DNA of 64,000 nucleotides from Klebsiella phage KMI7, in sequence record MN101221.1, one strand, 5' to 3'. This document shows, piece after piece, positions 57,328 to 64,000 of the stretch (within the stretch, counting starts at the first letter, position 1; each line of letters begins with the position of its first letter). Below the pieces are notes generated by a model. The model ran no database searches, was not told the DNA's origin, and saw nothing but the letters and a program-made list of their open reading frames with translations. The position numbers were made by a program, and so were the translations under genes.

Positions 57328-57775
57328 CGGAAACGATATCTTTGTTGAAGTTGGTACACTGAAAGTTCGTTTCTATCGTCACGTGTTCATGCGCAAAGGT
57401 GCTTATGTGTTTAGCGCGGTGTATGATCCTGCTGTATCTAAGTATCGTCCGGCTGCACAACTTCGCGGAACCATGTTCGAAGACGAAGACGGCGCTTGCC
57501 TGGATATGATCGTTGATACGTTCAAAGAGTTGCAGAAACTGAAACCGAGTGTTCAAGGCGTTGTGAACGCGATCGATAAGATGAACGCAGAGTTTGCAGC
57601 GGGACATCGTTCAGCATCTTTTGTTAAACGTGTAGCTGCTCAGGAAGCCGCGCCGAAGCCAGAAGAGAAGCCAAAACGCACTGTTAATCGTATCGGTAAA
57701 GAGGCACTGGAAGAACGATATTCCAACATCACGGGGATCTTTTCCCCGTCCTTGACGTTGTTAATGATATCCTGA
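57284..57775 (+). CDS. hypothetical protein in +1 frame overlapping J-domain gene (start uncertain; possibly expressed by frameshift or from internal ATG 57389)
   Basis: Protein-like ORF (…FEDEDGACLDMIVDTFKELQKLKPSVQGVVNAIDKMNAEF…) with no RBS at its GTG/ATG candidates. Confidence 0.45.
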   Translation: MAHVLRLLVTFAHVSGNDIFVEVGTLKVRFYRHVFMRKGAYVFSAVYDPAVSKYRPAAQLRGTMFEDEDGACLDMIVDTFKELQKLKPSVQGVVNAIDKMNAEFAAGHRSASFVKRVAAQEAAPKPEEKPKRTVNRIGKEALEERYSNITGIFSPSLTLLMIS

Positions 57776-57915
57776 TCGATGAGTTCAATCAGGTCTCTTT
57801 TCTCCTTGATCAAGGTAGAAATTTCTTCTTGCAGCGGGGCTATCTGTGCATGAAGTTCTTTGATCCGTTGATCAATTACGGTCACTTCGAACGCTAAGTT
57901 TCTCATTGTACCCAT
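57640..57915 (-). CDS. hypothetical coiled-coil protein (91 aa; 3' 136 nt overlaps convergent ORF 57284..57775)
   Basis: ORF. Confidence 0.4.
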   Translation of the reverse strand: MGTMRNLAFEVTVIDQRIKELHAQIAPLQEEISTLIKEKRDLIELIDQDIINNVKDGEKIPVMLEYRSSSASLPIRLTVRFGFSSGFGAAS

Positions 57916-58109
57916 TCCCCGTTTTTATCAATGTACATGATCCAATCAGCAACCGCCCAATGGGAAGTATTGCCTTTCGGAGTAGCTACGATGTAGGAAC
58001 CAGCTTTAAACAGTACGCGTTTAGTTTCGTTCAGGGTCAGGTCGCTCATAATGTATTCCTCATTTAACCAAAGTGAATCGTGATTCATAAGCATCGTTCG
58101 GGCGCTCAT
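57903..58109 (-). CDS. hypothetical protein (68 aa)
   Basis: ORF. Confidence 0.4.
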   Translation of the reverse strand: MSARTMLMNHDSLWLNEEYIMSDLTLNETKRVLFKAGSYIVATPKGNTSHWAVADWIMYIDKNGEWVQ

Positions 58110-58455
58110 ACACGGTATCCGAACTTGTAATGACAGTGTACACGGTTTCTTTCACAAGATCCATGATTTTCTGTGATTCTCCCCAGACATTGATACTAAA
58201 ATAAATCCCATTTTTAGGAATAGGATTGTATTCCATATCATAATACATATCCATGAGTTCACAAATGAACAGGCGGCGCTGTTCGTTATCATATGTGAAA
58301 TAAATGTTAAAACAATCGAGAGATTTACTCAAAGTAATCTCTTTGATAACGATGTTGTCTTGTTTGCTAAAATGATCGCGGATTGCTTGCACACAACGCA
58401 ACAGGTTAGGGTAATCATATTTTTGTGAAACAATGACTTGATGTGAAACGCTCAT
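58060..58455 (-). CDS. hypothetical protein (131 aa)
   Basis: ORF downstream of cassette copy 4 with GAGAGGA RBS. Confidence 0.5.
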   Translation of the reverse strand: MSVSHQVIVSQKYDYPNLLRCVQAIRDHFSKQDNIVIKEITLSKSLDCFNIYFTYDNEQRRLFICELMDMYYDMEYNPIPKNGIYFSINVWGESQKIMDLVKETVYTVITSSDTVYERPNDAYESRFTLVK

Positions 58456-58522
58456 AATGTATTCCTCTCAATTAGATACACTCATAATAAAAAAGCCCCC
58501 GACCGAAGTCAAGGGCTTTTTG
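58456..58522 (-). promoter_or_regulatory. Hairpin/early-promoter cassette copy 4 (-35 TTGACT in stem, -10 TATTAT)
   Basis: aaagcccTTGACTtcggtcgggggcttttttTATTATgagtgtatctaattGAGAGGAatacatt ATG on minus strand. Confidence 0.7.
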
Positions 58523-59164
58523 TCAAATGATTTGTTTTTCTTCTAACAGCTTCGCGGTTGTATTAACCATACGAGCATAATCACGGGCTTCTTTCTTTGT
58601 ATACTTGAAACCAGCGTTATAGCTCGCAAGCGCCTTTTTCAAGTCGCCTTTGTGGTAATCAAGCCAGTACTCCAGTTCATAGATCGCATACTTCGATCCA
58701 CCTTGAAGAGTTTCGAGCTTTTTGATTACTACGCGTTTAGGATATGACTTATCCATTCGTGCGCTGGCGCTCCTTGCGGTAACTTGCCAGCATCCATAAG
58801 CGTGATGGCCTTTTTTACCTTTACCGACATTCTCACATGCGCGAGACTCAATCCAGGCAATAGCCGCTAAATGATAGCCTAAACGTTTAGCCTTATCTTT
58901 TTCTACAGGTTTTGCAGTCTTCAAATCATAGTTGTGTCCAACTCGATAAGCATACTCCAAAACCTCTTTCTGCTTCGGTGTGATATTATCCAAATCCTTG
59001 ATGTAGGATGGAGAATTTTTGTTTGCCGGAGGCTTTACAGTAGCCTTTTGTAAAGGCAATTGATGAGTAGGCAAATCCGCAATGAAATCCCCTAGCGGAT
59101 CCGTCGCAGCGTTGCCAGAAAAAGAGCACAAGAAAATGCTGGCAGCAATAATAATTTTCTTCAT
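58523..59164 (-). CDS. Secreted lytic transglycosylase (SLT domain) with signal peptide
   Basis: MKKIIIAASIFLCSFSGNAA signal peptide; AIAWIESRACE (catalytic Glu-Ser), GCWQV, SYNAG SLT motifs. Confidence 0.7.
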   Translation of the reverse strand: MKKIIIAASIFLCSFSGNAATDPLGDFIADLPTHQLPLQKATVKPPANKNSPSYIKDLDNITPKQKEVLEYAYRVGHNYDLKTAKPVEKDKAKRLGYHLAAIAWIESRACENVGKGKKGHHAYGCWQVTARSASARMDKSYPKRVVIKKLETLQGGSKYAIYELEYWLDYHKGDLKKALASYNAGFKYTKKEARDYARMVNTTAKLLEEKQII

Positions 59165-59228
59165 TTTAATACCTATGTTGCAAAAAGAGGGGCAATAATA
59201 CACCCCACTTTATATTTATGCAACTATT

Positions 59229-59783
59229 TTAGATAGTTTTCGCGTCACGTAGTTTATCGTTGATAAACTCAGCAATGTTATAATTTGAAATAGCCTTGTT
59301 AGGATCGTATAGTGCAACAATTTCATCTAATGATACCATAACGGCATGTTTAAAATAGACACTCCAGCTAGTAGTAAAGATTTCTCTGTTGTCAAATCCA
59401 CAATCAGGGCTGAACAATGCGCGGTATTTGTACCCACTGTATTTCGTCAGACGATTCGTGCTGTGTGCATCACTGGTGATCAGAAATTTTCCCTGGTGAG
59501 TTTGAATGACGAAAAAGTATCCGAGGCGTTCTTTGTTGTCCAGCATCTTTTCAAACTTGCGATCGGTTTCTTCGCGAAAAATACGAGAAGTCAGCATTTC
59601 CAACACTTTATCGTATTCGGGCCAATCATTCTCGATCACGATCGCATCAAATGGTTTCTTACCATTAATCCCGCGCCCGATTTCGATTTTCGTGCAAATT
59701 TCGTTGAACGTTTTCAAATCTTCTGGCGTCAGTTCTTTAAGATCGCTCAATTTTGCTACATAATAACGTTTTTCTAGTTTCAT
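59229..59783 (-). CDS. hypothetical protein (184 aa)
   Basis: ORF. Confidence 0.5.
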   Translation of the reverse strand: MKLEKRYYVAKLSDLKELTPEDLKTFNEICTKIEIGRGINGKKPFDAIVIENDWPEYDKVLEMLTSRIFREETDRKFEKMLDNKERLGYFFVIQTHQGKFLITSDAHSTNRLTKYSGYKYRALFSPDCGFDNREIFTTSWSVYFKHAVMVSLDEIVALYDPNKAISNYNIAEFINDKLRDAKTI

Positions 59784-59794
59784 TTATAGAAACC

Positions 59795-59998
59795 TCAATT
59801 CAAAAATAATTTCACAGAGTTACCACATTTGGGACATGTGATAAATTTTTTCACGACATAATCAGCAGCAGAGAAAAATCCATTGTAAATCGATTCTCTC
59901 TTTTGCTGTATATCAGATAGTTCATATTCTAACCCACTTTTACAGCAACTGCAAACAGTAATTAGTTTTGGGCTATGGATAACAGTAATCATATACAC
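59795..59998 (-). CDS. small zinc-ribbon protein (67 aa; CSCC...CPKCG)
   Basis: ORF with two Cys pairs. Confidence 0.45.
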   Translation of the reverse strand: MYMITVIHSPKLITVCSCCKSGLEYELSDIQQKRESIYNGFFSAADYVVKKFITCPKCGNSVKLFLN

Positions 59999-60002
59999 CT
60001 CA

Positions 60003-60024
60003 CAAAAAGGGGGCTTTCGCCCCC
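60003..60024 (-). terminator. rho-independent terminator (GGGGGC-GAAA-GCCCCC + U5)
   Basis: Hairpin + T-run on minus strand after PIN-PhoH gene. Confidence 0.65.
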
Positions 60025-60028
60025 ATCA

Positions 60029-61372
60029 TTAGAAATTGTCTTCGACAAACGCCGCGAGACGGGAACGATACACTGTATCAAGAATGATATGGCTTGAGTG
60101 TTCGTATTCTTTCAGCTTTTCAACAGCCCATACAAACCCGTTGTTAACGGCAGTGTTTCGAGGGTTGTCGATCTGCTTAATGTTCCCGCATAGTATCAGA
60201 AGTGTGTTCTCTCCGCAACGAGAAATGATAGATTTAATTTCGTGGTTGCTAAGGTTTTGACATTCATCAACAATCAGCACAGAACCTTTGCCCGGATCCG
60301 GATGTCCGATACTGCGACCACGGAAGTAATACAGGCTAGGGAATTGCACCACCCCTTTTTCAATCAAACCTTCAATGTATTTTTCAGATTCCGGATTATC
60401 CTTAAACAGAATATTCAGGCTAGTAATACAAGGTTCGATAGAAGGCCGGAGTTTTTCGCCCAATGTACCAGGAAGGAAGCCGATTTCACTTGATAACGGG
60501 CTATCTGACTTCACATACATCAAGTTAGCGTAATGTCCACTATTAACCAGGTGCATAGCACCGGAAACAGCAAGCATTGTTTTACCAGAACCAGCGCCGC
60601 CCATAATGGTAGCAACATCGATTTCATTGCTCATAATGGATTCGACAAAAGCCGCTTGCAGAGAATCACGGGGCTGAATAGCTTTCATGAGTTTGCGTTT
60701 CATAGCCTGTTCGTGCTTAACAGGTAAGACATTCAAGCAAATCTCATCAGCAGTCACCACACGCCCGACTAACTCACCATTTGAGGTAATGTACTGGTTA
60801 GGATAAAAATCTTCGTCAGGAAGCGAACTGTAAGTGATTTGGGCTACATTATCTGTATATCCCAACACTTCTACGGTATCCCAGAAATCAGGGATCTCTA
60901 CATAACCGGAATACAATACATCGCTATCTTTTAACGTATCGTCGCCAGTATACTGTTCTACCTTACACCCACGGGACATTGCGATCAGCAACATCATAAT
61001 ATCGCGAGTAACTAAGGTTGCATCCTGTTGCATACAAGTTTCAATGATTCGTTCGTCTTGCTTGTCAAGAGCAAACGTTTTGTTTCCGACATAATCAACC
61101 ACTTTAAGGGTGATAGTGTCAGACAGTGCTGGGTTTGTCAGGTTTAAAGGAATACCTGATTTCGTAATCGCATCATATGACTGACCGAAAATAACTTTTG
61201 ACAGAAGCCGGATCGCCAATCGTGCTTCGTGCGCTGTTCGTTCTTTCGTTTTCAGGTGATCTAATTCACCCATAGTAGCAGAGGTAATAATGATTTCTGT
61301 ACCAGGTTGAGTGAATGAATAGATTGAATAGGGGTTCGAGACTAAAACGTTAGTGTCTAAAACATATTTCAT
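60029..61372 (-). CDS. PIN-domain + PhoH-like ATPase (YlaK family)
   Basis: N-terminal MKYVLDTNVL PIN motif; GGAGSGKTMLA Walker A and PhoH core. Confidence 0.8.
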   Translation of the reverse strand: MKYVLDTNVLVSNPYSIYSFTQPGTEIIITSATMGELDHLKTKERTAHEARLAIRLLSKVIFGQSYDAITKSGIPLNLTNPALSDTITLKVVDYVGNKTFALDKQDERIIETCMQQDATLVTRDIMMLLIAMSRGCKVEQYTGDDTLKDSDVLYSGYVEIPDFWDTVEVLGYTDNVAQITYSSLPDEDFYPNQYITSNGELVGRVVTADEICLNVLPVKHEQAMKRKLMKAIQPRDSLQAAFVESIMSNEIDVATIMGGAGSGKTMLAVSGAMHLVNSGHYANLMYVKSDSPLSSEIGFLPGTLGEKLRPSIEPCITSLNILFKDNPESEKYIEGLIEKGVVQFPSLYYFRGRSIGHPDPGKGSVLIVDECQNLSNHEIKSIISRCGENTLLILCGNIKQIDNPRNTAVNNGFVWAVEKLKEYEHSSHIILDTVYRSRLAAFVEDNF

Positions 61373-61427
61373 AGAAAATTCCTGATTTGATTACGGGGTA
61401 CGCGGATTCGCACCCCGCGTACTGCAA

Positions 61428-61886
61428 TCACATACCCAGCGAAATTACGTGAATATATGCTAATGGGTGTCTCTTTTGTACACAATGCATGATTGTATTA
61501 TATACAATGTCCATGCGTTCATTGTGTGTGAGATCACACTCATCAAAAATAAGGTTTATTGCCTGGTGCTCTATTCGACGTCCACGGAAATGATTAAGAA
61601 TCGCCCCTTTACTGGTCAATACATCACATCCGGTAGCACCGTGTAGCCGTTTGGCTTCTTGTGCTGCATTTAACGTATGCGCTACGTAAATGTTAAGGGA
61701 ACTATGGGAACGTTTCATAAAATCAAACGCACCTTTAGTCTTTTGTGTTCTTCTACCCAGATCCAACCTGGTTTCAAATACCATAAAATCGTTAGGGCCG
61801 TAATTATGCGTTGGTTCTTCCAACTCTCGCATAAGATGCATCTTACGACATTCTTCAATTGTCTTTACATAAAATTCACTATTCAT
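61428..61886 (-). CDS. hypothetical protein (152 aa); weak resemblance of N-terminus (HLMRELEEP) to pyrimidine-dimer glycosylase DenV motif
   Basis: ORF; similarity tentative. Confidence 0.45.
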   Translation of the reverse strand: MNSEFYVKTIEECRKMHLMRELEEPTHNYGPNDFMVFETRLDLGRRTQKTKGAFDFMKRSHSSLNIYVAHTLNAAQEAKRLHGATGCDVLTSKGAILNHFRGRRIEHQAINLIFDECDLTHNERMDIVYNTIMHCVQKRHPLAYIHVISLGM

Positions 61887-61917
61887 GTTTTACCTTTAAG
61901 GGGCCAAAGCCCCTTTG

Positions 61918-62313
61918 TTACGCTAATTCCACATGCGGGGCATCAATGAATTTTGTTTCGATCGGAAGGTTCGGATCATTTTTCCAGTTGATACCAAAAC
62001 GCAGTTTAACACCCAGTTCATCACCTGCTTGTTTAACAGCATTCAGGACAGGCAACCACACTTTAGGGTTTGTTTGCCAGCCTTGAGGCAATACGCTAGG
62101 ATACAGATCCACAGCATCACCAGTGATGTGTTTTGAGTTCATTGTTTGAGATACACCCTTACGGACGTTCTCGCGCTGTTGTTCAACAGTACGCAGACCT
62201 TCACGTACACCAAAATCAACAGGAGACAGTTGCAGAGCACGTTCTACAACTTTCACCAGTTGAGGTTTAACACCTTTAAGGTTGTTAAGGCTTTTTTGAC
62301 TGAATTTAAACAT
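61918..62313 (-). CDS. Peptidase M15 family (L-alanyl-D-glutamate/DD-peptidase fold) putative endolysin
   Basis: SKHITGDAVDL (SxHxxGxAxD) and C-terminal DAPHVEL zinc-ligand motifs. Confidence 0.7.
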   Translation of the reverse strand: MFKFSQKSLNNLKGVKPQLVKVVERALQLSPVDFGVREGLRTVEQQRENVRKGVSQTMNSKHITGDAVDLYPSVLPQGWQTNPKVWLPVLNAVKQAGDELGVKLRFGINWKNDPNLPIETKFIDAPHVELA

Positions 62314-62380
62314 AAATCACCTCTTGTAAAAATACCCTGTTTGGGTACACAGGGTATTTATGGTTTAAGAGGTTCGATAA

Positions 62381-62782
62381 TTAATAATCGTAAAGATCAC
62401 CGAAGCATAATTCAAATTCACGTTTACGTTTCATCTGTTCTTCTTTTCTCTCTTTCATATCAGAAGGGAGACGATCTTCATTGACTTCATCAATGTACGC
62501 TTGTGCATCCTCTTTTGTTAGAAAGAATGCATGGAAGTTATATCTGTTACGCCCATTCATACTACGGTCGTCAAGAGAGAATTGAGTGTGACAGTCCCAG
62601 TCATCAAACAGGGTGATGCATTTTGCAAACAGCCCTATACCGCGATTCATATAAGGGAAGCCAGTAACAATCATCTTGTTACCCATTTCCGCTTTTTCAC
62701 CGTCCACGCAGAATACTTCATACATGATCGCACCTGGTTTAACATCTTTCTTAACAGCACGTTTTTCAAAAGCACTTTTCAT
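62381..62782 (-). CDS. hypothetical protein (133 aa)
   Basis: ORF. Confidence 0.5.
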   Translation of the reverse strand: MKSAFEKRAVKKDVKPGAIMYEVFCVDGEKAEMGNKMIVTGFPYMNRGIGLFAKCITLFDDWDCHTQFSLDDRSMNGRNRYNFHAFFLTKEDAQAYIDEVNEDRLPSDMKERKEEQMKRKREFELCFGDLYDY

Positions 62783-62836
62783 AATATATTCCTCTCAATT
62801 GGTGTAACTACAGGTTACTTGTTTATTTTCTGGATG

Positions 62837-63160
62837 TCAACAAGGTTTATCGTTTTTTGACGGAAAAGTTAGAGTGAACAAACGATCGTGAAGGTTGTCT
62901 ATCCGTTCACAAGCCTGTTTCAGTATGGTTTTATCACCATCATTTGTTGTTTCAATGCATCCAAGTTCATCGGCGTCAATGTTCACTACATCGCTCATCA
63001 ATGAAGCAAACACGTTAGCATCAGGATGTAACAGTTCTTCGATTTCGGCCTTCATGCCGTCGTGTTCAGAAAGGATATCAATAATATCGCGGGTTAAGTC
63101 TCCCTGGTACGGGAACCCCGTTTCTAAATGATTAATGATCCTTTGTGCTTTCGTAATCAT
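62837..63160 (-). CDS. hypothetical acidic protein (107 aa)
   Basis: ORF. Confidence 0.5.
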   Translation of the reverse strand: MITKAQRIINHLETGFPYQGDLTRDIIDILSEHDGMKAEIEELLHPDANVFASLMSDVVNIDADELGCIETTNDGDKTILKQACERIDNLHDRLFTLTFPSKNDKPC

Positions 63161-63170
63161 AATTTTACCT

Positions 63171-63193
63171 ACAAAAAAGCCCCTTTCGGGGCT
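63171..63193 (-). terminator. rho-independent terminator (AGCCCC-GAAA-GGGGCT + U6)
   Basis: Hairpin + T-run on minus strand after 63200..63463. Confidence 0.65.
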
Positions 63194-63199
63194 AGTTAA

Positions 63200-63463
63200 T
63201 TAAAGTTCACAGCAACGGCACACACCGTATTTTGTAAATGGAGCATCACCGCTAACATAGGCCCAGAAATCACATGCTTCTTCGGCAGTATCGAAGATTG
63301 CAGCATCATAGAACCCGTGGGCTTCGTTACCGTTCTCATCGATGAAAACCGGAGTCCAGATATTAGGATTGAAGCAATCGTCAACAACAACCCAACCTTC
63401 TTTAGCTTTCATTGCTTCTTTGTTGGCTTCGATGTGAGCTAAGATTTCGTTCATGATGTCCAT
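63200..63463 (-). CDS. hypothetical protein (87 aa)
   Basis: ORF preceded by promoter/leader element. Confidence 0.5.
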   Translation of the reverse strand: MDIMNEILAHIEANKEAMKAKEGWVVVDDCFNPNIWTPVFIDENGNEAHGFYDAAIFDTAEEACDFWAYVSGDAPFTKYGVCRCCEL

Positions 63464-63529
63464 TTTTCTCTCCTAAAGTGCGTTTCGTTTCGACAGGGCT
63501 ATAGTCTCATAACCCCGTATCTACGTCAA
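63464..63529 (-). promoter_or_regulatory. Early promoter + conserved leader (TTGACG-17/18-ACTATA-..TCGAAACGAAACgCACTTTAGGAG)
   Basis: ttgacgtagatacggggttatgagactatagccctgTCGAAACGAAACgcaCTTTAGGAGagaaaa ATG on minus strand. Confidence 0.6.
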
Positions 63530-63532
63530 CAC

Positions 63533-63793
63533 TTATTTGAAGCGAATTGTGCTATTTTTGAAAAATAATCCAGAGCACACAGCACCTTCAATTTTCACCC
63601 CTGTAGGACTTTTAGCAACGAACCCTGTTGCATAGGTGTCTTTCTCATCACATGCAAACCAGGCGTGGCCTGTGTACGTGATATCGGTAAACCCGTTAGC
63701 AGTCAGAATACGTTCGGCTTCTTTCTCATCGGTGCATCCGGCTTGTGCTAAAACGACAATGACGACTAACACCAAAGCAATAATATATTTCAT
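63533..63793 (-). CDS. Putative lipoprotein (86 aa; lipobox LAQAGC)
   Basis: Signal peptide MKYIIALVLVVIVVLAQAG|C. Confidence 0.6.
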   Translation of the reverse strand: MKYIIALVLVVIVVLAQAGCTDEKEAERILTANGFTDITYTGHAWFACDEKDTYATGFVAKSPTGVKIEGAVCSGLFFKNSTIRFK

Positions 63794-63794
63794 G

Positions 63795-63998
63795 TTAAAC
63801 TCTTTTTAAGTTGGTTTTACTGGCTTCAATCCAGTACACGGGATCAGAATAGTTACCGCACATACCCAGTAACACAGTTGTACATCCTAAATGATCGGAA
63901 GGTCTCAATCCATCAGGATGAAAAGGCAATTCGTTAACACCGATACTGGTAGCAAAAAGAGCACCTCCAGTACTGTAAAATGTTTTGATATGATCGTA
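63795..63998 (-). CDS. hypothetical protein, C-terminal 67 aa (5' end outside window)
   Basis: Open frame ...GGALFATSIGVNELPFHPDG...KTNLKRV* ending at TAA 63795-63797. Confidence 0.4.
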   Translation of the reverse strand, partial: YDHIKTFYSTGGALFATSIGVNELPFHPDGLRPSDHLGCTTVLLGMCGNYSDPVYWIEASKTNLKRV

Positions 63999-64000
63999 TG

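Noticed and set aside
57281-57607. 108-aa minus-strand ORF opposite the J-domain downstream ORF
   Set aside because: Composition (C/H/R/F-rich) looks non-coding. The plus-strand frame is far more protein-like.
61385-61420. Intergenic sequence with two mutually exclusive 6-8 bp stems (CGGGGT/ACCCCG versus GTACGCGG/CCGCGTAC), a possible riboswitch-like switch
   Set aside because: Too short and with no flanking conserved sequence to support anything beyond a simple intercistronic hairpin.

Overview
This window is a contiguous segment of a T4-like (Straboviridae) myovirus genome, densely coding on both strands. The gene order is rearranged relative to T4 and resembles the pseudo-T-even type.

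**Plus-strand block, 1-16.6 kb:**
- The 3' end of nrdD, a run of small early ORFs, nrdG and nrdC.
- The long-tail-fibre operon 34-35-36-37 behind TATAAATA late promoters, then an ORF in the gene-38 position and the t holin.

**Minus-strand block, 16.6-51.7 kb:**
- Early and accessory genes.
- rIIB and rIIA.
- Topoisomerase II genes 52 and 39, with 39 fused to the gene-60 portion.
- dexA, dda, 56 and 61.
- A γ-class N6-adenine methyltransferase.
- The core replisome (41, uvsX, 43, regA, 62, 44, 45) and the 32-59-33-dsbA-rnh cluster.

**AT-rich hub and plus-strand island:**
- A 300-bp AT-rich, GATC-palindrome-rich divergent region follows at 51.67-51.97 kb.
- A plus-strand island then carries 55, 47 and 46. 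46 is overlapped convergently by a free-standing HNH homing endonuclease.
- Next come a small ORF, a J-domain protein and an overlapping +1-frame ORF.

**Final minus-strand block:**
- A secreted SLT-domain transglycosylase, a PIN-PhoH ATPase, an M15 peptidase and a lipoprotein.

**Most notable signals:**
1. Seven copies of a hairpin-plus-early-promoter cassette (UUCG-looped terminator stem carrying TTGACT/TTGCAT, then a TATATT -10). It is reminiscent of the PeSL mobile regulatory cassettes reported for RB49-like phages.
2. A conserved transcribed leader, ATCGAAACGAAAC...CTTTAGGAG.
3. Gene 37 ends in an S74-type intramolecular chaperone domain, and an unrecognisable 175-aa ORF sits where gp38 would be.
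4. A GATC-clustered, palindrome-rich intergenic hub.
5. A J-domain gene with a possible +1 frameshift.
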